In this document: piece after piece, positions 1 through 10,102 of the stretch
Layout: the number at the start of each line of letters is the position of its first letter
Position numbering within the stretch: position 1 is the stretch's first letter
Origin: an uncultured Candidatus Babeliaceae bacterium
GTDB taxonomy: Bacteria > Babelota > Babeliae > Babelales > Babelaceae
DNA length: 64,000 nucleotides
Assembly (NCBI GenBank): GCA_963704655.1
Contig: OY969927.1
Span: 1,184,001 to 1,248,000 of the forward strand
Direction: 5' to 3'
The notes under the pieces: model-generated
What the model was told of the DNA's origin: nothing
What the model saw: only the letters and a program-made list of their open reading frames with translations
The model's database searches: none
Program-made: the position numbers and the translations under genes

Positions 1-672
1 AATTGCAATAACATTTGTTGATGGAATCATAATCTCGCGGACGCCAGTTGTGCCAAGCCTAAAGATACTTTTAAGCATAGCCGTCTTTTCTGTCTCCATG
101 AGCCCCTTTTCATAGATATAGTCTATAAGAAACTGTATCTCTTTTTCAGAGGTGATTCCTTCTGATTGAACATTAGTTTTTTCACCAACTTTTGCAACCA
201 CAAAGTCTGATATACTCACTAAAAGATTCACGGGAAAATAAAGCAGGTAATAGGTGACAGCAGTAACCCCTAATGTATAAGGGAACATCTTGTCGCCGAG
301 AGCCTTGGCTACGTTTTTTGGGATCACATCGCCAAAAACCAAAATTGCTGCAGATGTGAAAAGAATATCAAGCAAGTAGGATGCAGGAAATCCAGCAAAA
401 AAGTACTGGGTAATTGCAGAACCCGCATTAGCCGCTGCTACGTTTGCAAGACAGCTTGCAATAAGAATAGCCGAAAATATACGGTGTGGTTGATCTTCTA
501 GCGTTGCAAGGAGGCTTTTGTAGCCAGTGGTTGATTGTGATATCTCTTTAAGCTTAAAAAGACGCATTGCTGTAATGGTGGTCTCTAAAAATGAATAAAG
601 TGCGCAAAATGCAAGCGAAATGACAAACACTATGATATGCGTATATATACTACTATCCGGTATGGGTCCCAT
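1..672 (-). CDS. CNNM/DUF21 transmembrane + CBS domain protein (hemolysin/CorC-like), runs off the window edge
   Basis: Manual translation MGPIPDSSIYTHIIVFVISLAFCALYSFLETTITAMR...LVFGDVIPKNVAK...TSEKEIQFLI...EKTAMLKSIFRLGTTGVREIMIP matches DUF21 followed by the CBS start; not in the ORF track because truncated. Confidence 0.9.
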   Translation of the reverse strand, partial: MGPIPDSSIYTHIIVFVISLAFCALYSFLETTITAMRLFKLKEISQSTTGYKSLLATLEDQPHRIFSAILIASCLANVAAANAGSAITQYFFAGFPASYLLDILFTSAAILVFGDVIPKNVAKALGDKMFPYTLGVTAVTYYLLYFPVNLLVSISDFVVAKVGEKTNVQSEGITSEKEIQFLIDYIYEKGLMETEKTAMLKSIFRLGTTGVREIMIPSTNVIAI

Positions 673-704
673 ATAATTAATCAACCTTTCTTGATTGTAA
701 CTTT

Positions 705-2681
705 TTATTCTTCATCACCATCTTCTTCTAATGCTTCTTCAGCAGTAAATTCATATTCTTTATCAAAGAACGTTTGTAACGATTTGCTACGTGAAGGGTG
801 GCGCAATTTACGCAACGCTTTCACTTCAATTTGTCGAATACGTTCACGAGTTACGCCAAAATCTTTACCTACTTCTTCAAGAGTATGTTCAGATGCAACG
901 TCAATGCCAAAGCGCATTTTAAGTACTTTTTCTTCTCGTGGCGTTAATGTTTTGAGCACCTCGCGAACACGTTCTTTTAAGTCGCTATTTGCAACGGTGT
1001 CAGCAGGTGAAAAATCATTTTCATTTTCGATAAAATCTTTGATAAATGCATCTTCACTATCGCCAACTGGAGTTTCAAATGAAATCGGCTCTTTAGAGAT
1101 CTTGATGATATTTTTAATCTTTTTCTCATCAATATTTAGTTCTTTTGCAAGCTCGGCATGGGTCGGTTCACGACCATGTTCTTGAATGAAGGTGCGTTTA
1201 ATTTTATTAATCTTATTAAGTGTTTCAACCATATGAACCGGTACACGAATTGTACGTGATTGGTCCGCAATTGCACGGGTGATTGCTTGGCGGATCCACC
1301 AGGTTGCATAGGTAGAAAATTTATATCCACGTTCAAATTCAAATTTTTCAACCGCTTTCAGTAAGACCGATATTACCTTCTTGAATCAGATCAAGAAATG
1401 TAATCCACGGTTTACATATTTTTTAGCGATATTAACGACAAGACGTAAGTTTGCATGCGCGAGATTATCTTTTGCACGTTTATCTTTTGTCTGACAATCC
1501 ATAAGCTTTTTAAAGAGCTGTACGATTTTATCGTATGGTAAGCCAACTTCATGTTCGATCTTTTTGACACTTTTTTGTGCAGCGCGCATGGTAGATTCAA
1601 CTTCTAGCAGCTGTTCTTTTTGATCCGCATCAAGATTTTTTTGCGCGGTTAATTCGGCAATCTCTTGTTTACATTGTTGACCAAGTAGGTTCTTTTCATC
1701 AATTTTTGCAAGGGCTTTTTCGATGCGCTTAACTAATTTGCGAATTAATTTGTTAGAAAATTTAATAGATTGGATCTTTTTACTGATCTCTTCTTTATTT
1801 TTCTTAACTTCATTTAACATCGCTTTTTTTTGAGCTTCAGTCTCTAGCTTGCCGCGATAACTGCGGTAAATCTTCTCTTCGTTGTCTATAAGTTGCTGAA
1901 TTTCAGTAATCTTTTTTAAAAGATTCTCTTTTTCTTCTTCATATTTTGGTAAATTTTCTTCACCGAATTCAGAAAACTGAATAATATCTTTTAGTGTTGA
2001 ATTGTCTTTGCTTAATTTTTCGCCAATAGCGATCAGTTCTTTGTGAATAAAGGGAAACTTCGAAAGTGCCTCAATGCTATCACTTTTACATGACGCTATT
2101 TGTTCAGCAATAACAGTTTCTGTTTTTTTATTCAAAAGTGGTATCTTGCCAATGTCGCGTAAGTAGCATTTAACACCATCAGGCATATAGCTTGATTCAG
2201 CCGCCTCTTTAATGGTATCATCAGCTTCTGGGTCATCCTCAGAAGCCTCGGATGCATCTTCGTCCTCTTCGGCAAAATCAAAGGTGCTTTCAAGGTCACC
2301 GGTGAATTTACGCGTAGCGGTAGTTGTCTCATCTTGAGCAAACTCTTCTAATTCTGCACCGGCTTCGAGCTCATCGTGCATTAAAAGTTCTATATTTTCA
2401 CGTTCAATAGTTTTTAAAAGGTCACTGATCTCTTGTTCAGTAAAGTTATTTGCTTCAGCAAAATCCATTACCTCTTCGTAAGTTAAGACATTGGTGCGTC
2501 TGCCCTTATCAAGAAGACCTTCGGTAAGTTCTTGTTTAAGATCAAGCTCGCGGTTGCCTGTAGGAGCAACAACAGTTTTTGGGCTGCTTTTTGTTGCGCT
2601 TTGACGCACTATTTTAGCTGCTGGCTTAGCAGAAGTTGGCGCTTTTGGTGCGCTTTTGCGCACTACTTTACTTGTCGTCAT
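705..2681 (-). CDS. rpoD: Primary sigma factor sigma70, interrupted by two compensating 1-nt indels in region 2.2
   Basis: ORFs 1386-2681 ([19 protein letters not shown]) and 705-1232 ([20 protein letters not shown]) share a frame; [11 protein letters not shown] lies in a shifted frame at about 1362-1397 and [33 protein letters not shown] resumes in frame. Confidence 0.95.
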
Positions 2682-4558
2682 ACTTGGTCTTTCATAAACA
2701 ATTTTTGCTTAAGATTCTGAAATTGAGCAATTATGGTTTCTAATTCTTGATTTCTATTCAATTTCTGAGCCTGAGCTATTTTAATTTTGACACCATTTAC
2801 TATCATTTTCCACCGTTTTTTATAAAACTGTAAAAAAAGTTCCTCCAGCGCGGGGCCTTGTCCTTGAACTTCATCCTCCATCAACAGAGATACGATGAAC
2901 TCCTTTTCATGTTCGGTGCATAGATCTGTTACAGAGACATTGTTCAATAGATCTTTATGCATTTGGAGACGCTCGATAATCGGAAATAAATAAGGAGTAA
3001 AAGCTAGTTTCAAAAAAGCATGCTCTTCTGGCGTCAGGATATATTTTTTACTTATTATAGCAGAGAATATTTTTTTCTCCAAATCGCTAATTTCTATTTG
3101 TGTATTATCAGCTTCTGATTTTTTTTCAATAACTTGCTCTGGCGTGCTATTTGTCACGGCTCGCCCTGAGCGAAGTCGAACGGGTGCGGGGCTGCCTGAA
3201 CCCGGTACAGGGTCACCTGGTTGTAATAGTCGATCGCCTGCTTGATCGCCAGGTTCAAATATAGAATTTTTACGCGCATGGAGCCCCTTCTTTTCAAAAA
3301 AGTGTTTCTTCAGGTTCTCATAAGGTACTTGGCAAGCTTGTGCAGCCTTTTGCAGTAAAAAATCCTGTTTAATCGGATCCTGAACCTGCATGATAAGTTC
3401 TACAATAGCCTTTATGCGTGCCATGCGCTCATGTAAACTCAGCTCGCCTTGATTGTTTTCTGCTGTCTTTTGTATAAAATACTCAAAAATATTAACTGCA
3501 GTTACTGTTAAATGAGTTACATCAGCTCCTTGAGCAACAAGTGAGCAAGGATCCTCCCCTGTAGGAAGCTGAATAACATAAGGTTCAAGTTCAACGTCCC
3601 AGCATAATTGTGTAAGGCGCAGTGCCGCCTTTTGGCCAGCAGAATCGCCATCATACACGGTATATAACTTTTGCGCATAGCGTGATAAATTTTTGATATG
3701 TTCTGCTGTGCAGGCAGTTCCCAATGTAGCAACTGTTTGTGGAATTCCCGCTTGTGCAAATGCGATGCAATCTAAATACCCTTCAACCAGATAAACGGTA
3801 CCAGTATCTTGTATATGCTTTTTTGCCTGGTGAAAACCGTATAAAATAGTCCCTTTTGAAAAATAGGGGTGGTCCTGGGAGTTATAATATTTTGCGCGAG
3901 TATCTTCAGGCATAAATATGCGGCCACCTAGCCCGCATGGTCGCCCAAGGGCATCATGAATTGGGAATGTTATCCGTTCTTCATAGGGGCTATAGAGTGT
4001 TTGCCCTTCGCGTAAAATATTTGCCTGGATAAGATCCTGGGCCATGATATTATTATCTTTGCAGGCAGCTAAAAGTTTTTTAATGCTTTGTTGTCCGCCA
4101 GGAAAGTAGCCGATAGAGAAATTGTCGATGCTTGCTTGGGTGATTCCGCGGTTTTTAATATATTCTTGGGCAACTTTTGATTTCTTAAACTGTTCGATGC
4201 ACCATTGTGCGACAATTTCGTGCACGTGAGTATAGATCTCTTTTTCATGCTTGTTGGCAGTAAACTGTTGCAACGTCTCTTCTGGAAGCTGAATTGCGTA
4301 TCGTTCTGCAAGGTGCTTCACGGCTTCTACTGGTGTGCAATGTTCAACTTTGGTAATAAAGGTCACTACGTCGCCACCGTTATGGCACCCAAAGCAATAA
4401 AATATCTCTTTGTGGGGACTTACGGTAAACGAAGCCGTCCGTTCATGGTGAAACGGGCATTGGCCCTTCCAGTAGTTTCCAGCCCTTTTTAAGGTAGTAT
4501 ATTCCTGAACAACGTCTAAAATCTGGATATGTGTTTTGATAACAGAAAAAATATTCAT
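2678..4558 (-). CDS. dnaG: DNA primase
   Basis: CPFH...CFGC zinc finger, KYYNS, TOPRIM VEGYLD and YDGDSAG; classic dnaG-rpoD order. Confidence 0.98.
   Translation of the reverse strand: MNIFSVIKTHIQILDVVQEYTTLKRAGNYWKGQCPFHHERTASFTVSPHKEIFYCFGCHNGGDVVTFITKVEHCTPVEAVKHLAERYAIQLPEETLQQFTANKHEKEIYTHVHEIVAQWCIEQFKKSKVAQEYIKNRGITQASIDNFSIGYFPGGQQSIKKLLAACKDNNIMAQDLIQANILREGQTLYSPYEERITFPIHDALGRPCGLGGRIFMPEDTRAKYYNSQDHPYFSKGTILYGFHQAKKHIQDTGTVYLVEGYLDCIAFAQAGIPQTVATLGTACTAEHIKNLSRYAQKLYTVYDGDSAGQKAALRLTQLCWDVELEPYVIQLPTGEDPCSLVAQGADVTHLTVTAVNIFEYFIQKTAENNQGELSLHERMARIKAIVELIMQVQDPIKQDFLLQKAAQACQVPYENLKKHFFEKKGLHARKNSIFEPGDQAGDRLLQPGDPVPGSGSPAPVRLRSGRAVTNSTPEQVIEKKSEADNTQIEISDLEKKIFSAIISKKYILTPEEHAFLKLAFTPYLFPIIERLQMHKDLLNNVSVTDLCTEHEKEFIVSLLMEDEVQGQGPALEELFLQFYKKRWKMIVNGVKIKIAQAQKLNRNQELETIIAQFQNLKQKLFMKDQV
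3157..3184 (+). repeat. Palindromic repeat unit inside the dnaG reading frame
   Basis: cggctcgccctgagcgaagtcgaacggg is nearly identical to the reverse complement of intergenic 18879-18905; encodes PVRLRSGRA. Confidence 0.85.
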
Positions 4559-4636
4559 AGATATTTAGTATAACCTAATGAATTTTTTTGTGTGTAAAAA
4601 AAGTTAATGTGTTTTCTGAACTTAAGGTGCTGTGCT

Positions 4637-4963
4637 CTATAGCTTTTTGTTGGCAATTAAAGCTAATTGCGTAGCTCCGCTCATGCTTCCTATAATGCCT
4701 ATAGTTGCAAGAATTGAAGCCCCGATTAATGTTATTATAGGGTCGTTATATTCAACCTCTTGCCATGTTAAGCGTGGAATTTGTCTGTGTGCTAACCATG
4801 CGCCAGCCAAAAGAAGAAAAGTTGCTTTTGAGATGTTTTGCCAACTATCAACAGAAAGTTCTTCTTTAAGAGCCTTTAAATCAATTGTTGCTGTATAGGG
4901 AGTATGAAATAGTGAGATTGTTGAAATTGCTAAAATTATTTTACTCAAAAAACTCTTTTTCAT
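4637..4963 (-). CDS. Hypothetical membrane protein with signal peptide
   Basis: MKK-hydrophobic leader and two further hydrophobic segments; 4-nt overlap with the neighbouring ORF. Confidence 0.75.
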   Translation of the reverse strand: MKKSFLSKIILAISTISLFHTPYTATIDLKALKEELSVDSWQNISKATFLLLAGAWLAHRQIPRLTWQEVEYNDPIITLIGASILATIGIIGSMSGATQLALIANKKL

Positions 4964-5322
4964 ATCAATTCCTCACTAGTAATTTTAAAGCTTCCATCAG
5001 GGTTGCAATAAGTACCTCTAAACATATCATGTGCAGTTTTTAAAAGGGTTGAGACGCCAAAAAGAGGGGTACCTAGCCCTAACAAGCAAATACCTGCGAT
5101 AAAATATTTATCACTATTTTTTAAAGGCATTAACTCTTTTTCTAAATTGAGTTTATATGAGAGCGCTTGTGCGAGCAATGGTAATGTCATTAACGCGCCA
5201 ACGGCCATTATCCCTGCTGACCCATATTGCATGTGTTGATAGGTTATCGTATCGCTTATACAATAACTCGGCGTTGAGCAGATAAAACCCAAGCTTAATA
5301 GTATTAATAATAGTTTTTTCAT
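4960..5322 (-). CDS. Hypothetical membrane protein with signal peptide
   Basis: MKKLLLILLSLG leader, two TM-like segments, SD-like aagggtg. Confidence 0.75.
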   Translation of the reverse strand: MKKLLLILLSLGFICSTPSYCISDTITYQHMQYGSAGIMAVGALMTLPLLAQALSYKLNLEKELMPLKNSDKYFIAGICLLGLGTPLFGVSTLLKTAHDMFRGTYCNPDGSFKITSEELI

Positions 5323-5391
5323 TAAACACCCTTGTGGTTTATATTCTATTATTAATAATAGCGTCTTTATGTGAAATTGTAAAAGTGATGC

Positions 5392-6456
5392 TCAAAAGCT
5401 TGATTTTAATTGATCTTTATACGTTCTATTATTCTTCTCAAGAACTTCCAGAAGTGCAGTGGTCTGTAGATTGCGGAAGCGGTCAATGATGTTTACTTGG
5501 TCCTGAAGCTCTTTTTCGATATCTTCGTCATGTTTGAACCCTGTGGTATTAAAAATACTTGCTTTGCTGGCATCTATTTGTCTTTGGTAACTTATTACCT
5601 TTCGCTCCAAATCAGGGGGCAAAATATGAAGGGTTGTTTGCGCAATAAGGAGCGTTAACATATTTCTTAAAAAGAAATCTTGGAACGTTAATTTACCTTG
5701 CGCGGCGCGTTCGTTTTGTTGGATCTGTAACAATTTCTTTATTAGACCTAATTTAATGAAAATATTATTTATTTCAGCTTCATTCCAAGGATTGGGTGCT
5801 TTTATAGGGCTTTTTTCGTCGAATGTTTGTAATATTCTATCATCAAAAAAAAAATCATCTGCGGACACTAGGTTAAATTTTCGATAATTACAGATCGTTT
5901 TTTTAGAACCAAAATCTGGTTGTTCCTCTATAAGCCTATATTCAAAATACCCATAATCACGTAAATTATCGTCTTGTTTAATCGTCCCAGGCAGATATAG
6001 ATATTTTTTGCCTTCTGGAAAATCGAGTACTAAAGCGTGTTTTTCAAGATGTGCGTCTATGGTTGCGGGAAACGTTCGGTAAGCTTCATCGGGCGAAAAG
6101 GTGCTTGCTCTGGAAACGGGGCTGGTGACATAAAGTTTGCGCTTTTCGTCATATTCAAATTCGGGCAAATTGTTTTCTATATCTAGTATCTCAAGTGCTT
6201 GCCATCTTTCAGTGCTCCGCCTGGAATCATCCTGTTTTAAAGATAATGGGCCACTATTGGTTCTTGGTGAATCACTTATGAAAAGAGGCTTTGGACGAAT
6301 CATGATGCCATCTGGTCCAGTGCCTTCTGATACTGCCCTTCGTAGCCTTTGAATTTTGTCCATTCCATGCGCACATGGGCTCATGGTGAGTGCTATAAAG
6401 AAAAGAATTTTGATTTTTTTATTTCTTATTACACAATTATAAAAAATTTTTTTCAT
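5392..6456 (-). CDS. Hypothetical exported protein
   Basis: 354-aa ORF, leader ending AHG|MDK, SD ggaggg. Confidence 0.8.
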   Translation of the reverse strand: MKKIFYNCVIRNKKIKILFFIALTMSPCAHGMDKIQRLRRAVSEGTGPDGIMIRPKPLFISDSPRTNSGPLSLKQDDSRRSTERWQALEILDIENNLPEFEYDEKRKLYVTSPVSRASTFSPDEAYRTFPATIDAHLEKHALVLDFPEGKKYLYLPGTIKQDDNLRDYGYFEYRLIEEQPDFGSKKTICNYRKFNLVSADDFFFDDRILQTFDEKSPIKAPNPWNEAEINNIFIKLGLIKKLLQIQQNERAAQGKLTFQDFFLRNMLTLLIAQTTLHILPPDLERKVISYQRQIDASKASIFNTTGFKHDEDIEKELQDQVNIIDRFRNLQTTALLEVLEKNNRTYKDQLKSSF

Positions 6457-6649
6457 ACTAAAACCCTCCTATATATTAAAAATATTAAGGCTTAGGGTGA
6501 GCAATAGTCAATAATATGATTATTAAGGGGTGAGGCACCTTAATAATTTCAGCTTGAAAATCTATTTATTTCTGGTATACTTATATTTAACTTAGTAGCG
6601 TAATGCTCTATAAATATAAACAATAACGTTAATAATTAAAGGAATTACA

Positions 6650-6958
6650 ATGAAAAAAATGTTATTATTGAGCGCTCTTTTTGCTGCTTCAGCAGTTATG
6701 GCTATGGATCAAGAAAATAAAACTGCAGCGTTAAAAAACGATGTAAAAACTCTTGAAGCTATGAAATTGGGTGTTCAGCAAGCTCTTGTAAATGTGACAT
6801 TATCACCAAACGTAACTGTTCGCAGAGGTAAGCAATCTATTATCAAGCCTGCTGCATCTGTCGTTGACAATGTTGGCATATTAGAAAGAAAAGAAGCTGC
6901 TTTAACCTTGCAAATTGCAGCTGCTAAAGCAAGATTAGAAGAATCTCAAGCTAAGTAA
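6650..6958 (+). CDS. Small exported coiled-coil protein
   Basis: SD aaagga, leader ending VMA|MDQ, downstream terminator. Confidence 0.85.
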   Translation: MKKMLLLSALFAASAVMAMDQENKTAALKNDVKTLEAMKLGVQQALVNVTLSPNVTVRRGKQSIIKPAASVVDNVGILERKEAALTLQIAAAKARLEESQAK

Positions 6959-7004
6959 TGTTACTTTAATAATTAAATTCTTAACATCTTAGATTTACAT
7001 AATT

Positions 7005-7044
7005 AAGCCCCTGTTACTGTTTTCAGTAGCGGGGGCTTTTTTTT
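7005..7044 (+). terminator. Intrinsic terminator overlapping the lgt 3' end
   Basis: aagcccctgttactg-tttt-cagtagcgggggctt followed by a T-run. Confidence 0.8.
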
Positions 7045-7832
7045 GCGATTAATTCAGAGAAAAGAATAAGAAGTATACCCGCGCACAGTATCCCAATGCT
7101 TATCCACTGGTGAAAAGAAAGTTCGGATGAATACACAAGTGCATCGGTGCTATTAATAATGCGGTCGCCACGATAAAAATCGACCACAAAGCGTTCAAGA
7201 CTAGAAAATATTAAAAATAAACCAGCCAATGTGCCCGGCTGTAATCTAAAGCGTGCGCAGAGCTGTAATATAATAAAAATTCCCAAAAAGATAAGTGAGC
7301 TATAAAGCTGCGTAGGAATCAGTGGCATGTTTAATGGCGCATGCGAACCTGCGTGCGTATACATAATCGACCATGCCGATGTAGTGGCGCATCCAAAGCA
7401 ACAGCCAGCAAACAAGCAGCCTAAGCGAGCAATTGCTTGTGCCAATGGGATATAAAGTGCCCCTAAATCTAAAATGGGTAATACGGGTATTTTGTGGTAC
7501 CACAAAAATAGTGGAACAAAGATAAGCCCTGCAATAATTGCGCCCAATATAGAAAGTCCGCCGTTCCAGACAGAAACCATTTCAGTTAGAGTGTGGTATG
7601 ATTTCCATTCACTTGCAATATGCAATACCCGAGCGCCGATTATGGCAACAATTACTGTATAAATAATAAGCTTTTCGTAAAGAGCCGAACTTATATACTT
7701 TTTACGCAAGAGGTGATTATAACTTAATGCAATAAAAGCGGTGATTCCCAGCGCAACAAAAACGCCATAAATATGTATTGAAAGTTGGCCGAATAAGTGA
7801 AAAATCTCTGGATTTAAACTAAATGTTAGCAT
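7023..7832 (-). CDS. lgt: Prolipoprotein diacylglyceryl transferase
   Basis: IYG, GARVLH, WNGGLSILG, ARLGC, PTQLY and RFVVDFYRGD motifs. Confidence 0.95.
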   Translation of the reverse strand: MLTFSLNPEIFHLFGQLSIHIYGVFVALGITAFIALSYNHLLRKKYISSALYEKLIIYTVIVAIIGARVLHIASEWKSYHTLTEMVSVWNGGLSILGAIIAGLIFVPLFLWYHKIPVLPILDLGALYIPLAQAIARLGCLFAGCCFGCATTSAWSIMYTHAGSHAPLNMPLIPTQLYSSLIFLGIFIILQLCARFRLQPGTLAGLFLIFSSLERFVVDFYRGDRIINSTDALVYSSELSFHQWISIGILCAGILLILFSELIAKKSPRY

Positions 7833-7853
7833 AAATTACATTTCTAAATTTGG

Positions 7854-7950
7854 CCGCATGGATTCGACTACGCTCACCACGAGCGGCCTTTAACCCGTGC
7901 ACCCTGAGTGCCCGAAGTAGCGTTAACGCGAAGACGGGTGTATCGAAGGG
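7854..7950. repeat. Composite (inverted doublet) palindromic repeat overlapping the mnmG stop codon
   Basis: ccgcatggattcgactacgctcaccacgagcgg + ccgtgcaccctgagtg-hairpin-tgtatcgaaggg; supplies the C-terminal PSIHPSSR and the stop. Confidence 0.9.
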
Positions 7951-9869
7951 GCGGCACTAATATTATTTAACTGTTCGCGGCACTTAAAAATCAAAAGGGA
8001 AATTGCTGCAGGCGTCATGCCCTGAATAAGAGCCGCTTGTGCAATGGTTGCCGGTTTTGTTTTTGCAAGTTTTTGCCGTAGTTCAATAGATAACCCAGAA
8101 ATGTCGCTGTAGTCAAGCATTTCTGGAATAATAAGCTCTTTATAATGCTGCATCTTTTCAATCTCACGCTGTTCACGGTGCAAATAGGGCCCATATAAAA
8201 GCTCAGCAAAAATCGACGCCCGTGCGCGTGATGTTAATGCCGCTATGGATTCGACTTCGCTCACCACGAGCGGCCCATTTAACCGTGCACCCTGAGTGTC
8301 CGACGAAGCTTTTAGCAAAGACGGATGTATCGAAGGGTCATATAATCGATCAATAGCTTCATATGCATATGCGCTATCGCCGGTGCCAAGTTTTTGAATA
8401 ATCGTAATATATTCTTTATGTGCTTTTATGCTGTCTGTAACTGCGATAACTGTGTTGTTTTCTGCTTCGATTGCATCATGCATCTCTTTTGATATCAAAT
8501 TAAGTGCATAGGCGCGCTTGTGAAAACGCTTAAAGACATTGTCCTGACGCAGCACAAGGCGACGTTCAGCGCGTGAAGTAAACATGCGATACGGTTCATC
8601 TGCGCCATGTGTGACAAGATCATCGATCATAATGCCGATATAACTTTCATTGCGGTCAAGTACAAATGGTTCTTGATTATGCGCTTTTAAATGCGCATTA
8701 ATGCCCGCAACAATACCTTGACCAGCAGCTTCTTCATAGCCCGTGGTGCCATTAATTTGGCCAGCTAAAAAGAGGCCAGGAACCTTTTTAAGTTCAAGTG
8801 TGTGATGTAACTCTTTTGGTGAAACATAATCATACTCAATAGCATACCCTGGACGTGCTATTTCAACATTTTCAAAACCTTTAATGGTGCGTAAAAATTC
8901 AAGCTGAACCGGTAATGGCAACGATGTTGAAAGGCCATTTGGATAGACTTCATCGCTGCTTGCGCTTTCTGGTTCAACAAAGATATGGTGCGCATCTTTA
9001 TGCGCAAAGCGTGAAATTTTGTCTTCGATAGACGGGCAATAACGTGGCGGTGTGCCCTTAATGTGCCCCGTATAAATAGGTGAATGGTGCCAATTTTTTC
9101 TGATGGCATCATGGGTGTTTTTATTAGTATATGTTACAAAACAGTCCATTTTATGGGTAACTTTATGGGGCGTAAACTCAAAAAGTGCATCAAGTTCGTC
9201 TGACCCTTGGCGCTCCATCTGCGAAAAATCAATACTAGAGCGTATTAATCTTGCAGGTGTTCCTGTTTTGAGCCTGCCCATCGTAAGATTTAAGCTTTTT
9301 AAAAATGCAGGTAAACCTACTGAAGCCTCTTCTGCCTGGCGGCCACCAGAGTAATTAACCTGGCCGGTATGAATTAAGCCATTTAAAAACGTCCCAGTTG
9401 TCAAAATAACCGCTTTTGAGGTGTAAGATGAGCCTTCACGAGTAACTATGCCTATAACCGATCCTTGTTCGTTTAAAAGGCATTTTTCCACCATGGCCAT
9501 ATAGATAGTTAGGTTCGGGGTAGCTTGTAAGTATTTTTGGCTTAATTTATTATATTCAACTTTATCGATCTGGAGCCTTAATCCCTGAACCGCTGGCCCT
9601 TTGCTGGTATTCAGCATTCTGGCCTGAAGATAGGTTTGGGTGCATAATTGTGGCATTAATCCGCCAAGAGCGCTGATCTCAAAGACAATGTGCCCTTTGC
9701 CTATTCCGCCAATGGCAGGATTACAGGGCATATGGCCTATTTTGTCTCTGTTTAGCGTTATAAGCAGGGTTTTTGAGCCCATTCTGGCGGCTGCATACGC
9801 AGCTTCGTTACCAGCATGCCCGGCACCAACGACAATAACGTCAAAATCGAAGTGTTGTGTGTTATTCAT
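7923..9869 (-). CDS. mnmG: tRNA uridine-5-carboxymethylaminomethyl modification enzyme MnmG/GidA
   Basis: [59 protein letters not shown]. Confidence 0.98.
   Translation of the reverse strand: MNNTQHFDFDVIVVGAGHAGNEAAYAAARMGSKTLLITLNRDKIGHMPCNPAIGGIGKGHIVFEISALGGLMPQLCTQTYLQARMLNTSKGPAVQGLRLQIDKVEYNKLSQKYLQATPNLTIYMAMVEKCLLNEQGSVIGIVTREGSSYTSKAVILTTGTFLNGLIHTGQVNYSGGRQAEEASVGLPAFLKSLNLTMGRLKTGTPARLIRSSIDFSQMERQGSDELDALFEFTPHKVTHKMDCFVTYTNKNTHDAIRKNWHHSPIYTGHIKGTPPRYCPSIEDKISRFAHKDAHHIFVEPESASSDEVYPNGLSTSLPLPVQLEFLRTIKGFENVEIARPGYAIEYDYVSPKELHHTLELKKVPGLFLAGQINGTTGYEEAAGQGIVAGINAHLKAHNQEPFVLDRNESYIGIMIDDLVTHGADEPYRMFTSRAERRLVLRQDNVFKRFHKRAYALNLISKEMHDAIEAENNTVIAVTDSIKAHKEYITIIQKLGTGDSAYAYEAIDRLYDPSIHPSLLKASSDTQGARLNGPLVVSEVESIAALTSRARASIFAELLYGPYLHREQREIEKMQHYKELIIPEMLDYSDISGLSIELRQKLAKTKPATIAQAALIQGMTPAAISLLIFKCREQLNNISAAPSIHPSSR
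8240..8337. repeat. Composite palindromic repeat inserted in frame within mnmG
   Basis: Same doublet as 7854-7950; encodes [32 protein letters not shown]. Confidence 0.9.
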
Positions 9870-9916
9870 ATTTTTATACTTGTATATTTTTTAGACGATA
9901 TGAGTTTTTTCACTTT

Positions 9917-9973
9917 CCGTGCACCCTGAGTGTTCTACGTAGCACAAAGTGCGTAGTAGAAAGTATCGAAGGG
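9917..9973 (+). repeat. Palindromic repeat unit upstream of mnmG
   Basis: ccgtgcaccctgagtg-ttctacgtagcacaaagtgcgtagtagaa-agtatcgaaggg. Confidence 0.9.
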
Positions 9974-9991
9974 CAAATTGTTTTGGGCTCA

Positions 9992-10081
9992 TTGAATTTA
10001 ATAATTATAAAGTATAACATGAATTTTGTAAGAAATCTGCAAAGAAAAAGGGCGCCCAGTTGTCCTCAAGGCACCCTTTAT
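9992..10081 (-). repeat. About 90-bp direct repeat, copy 1 (terminator + promoter block)
   Basis: Near-identical to 11116-11203; on the minus strand a hairpin with T-run is followed by extended -10 TGTTATACT. Confidence 0.9.
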
Positions 10082-10102
10082 AAAAATTATAGGCTATTTT
10101 TT

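Noticed and set aside
637-1185. 182-aa plus-strand ORF and the many other short antisense or nested ORFs in the track
   Set aside because: Shadow ORFs opposite or within well-supported genes, with no recognisable motifs
1386-1388. In-frame TGA in rpoD as evidence for a reassigned genetic code
   Set aside because: The surrounding conserved peptide is in another frame, so it results from indels; TGA terminates many other genes normally
7895-7950. CTGAG...CGAA core as a hammerhead ribozyme
   Set aside because: Lacks the CUGAnGA and GAAA core and the three-way junction
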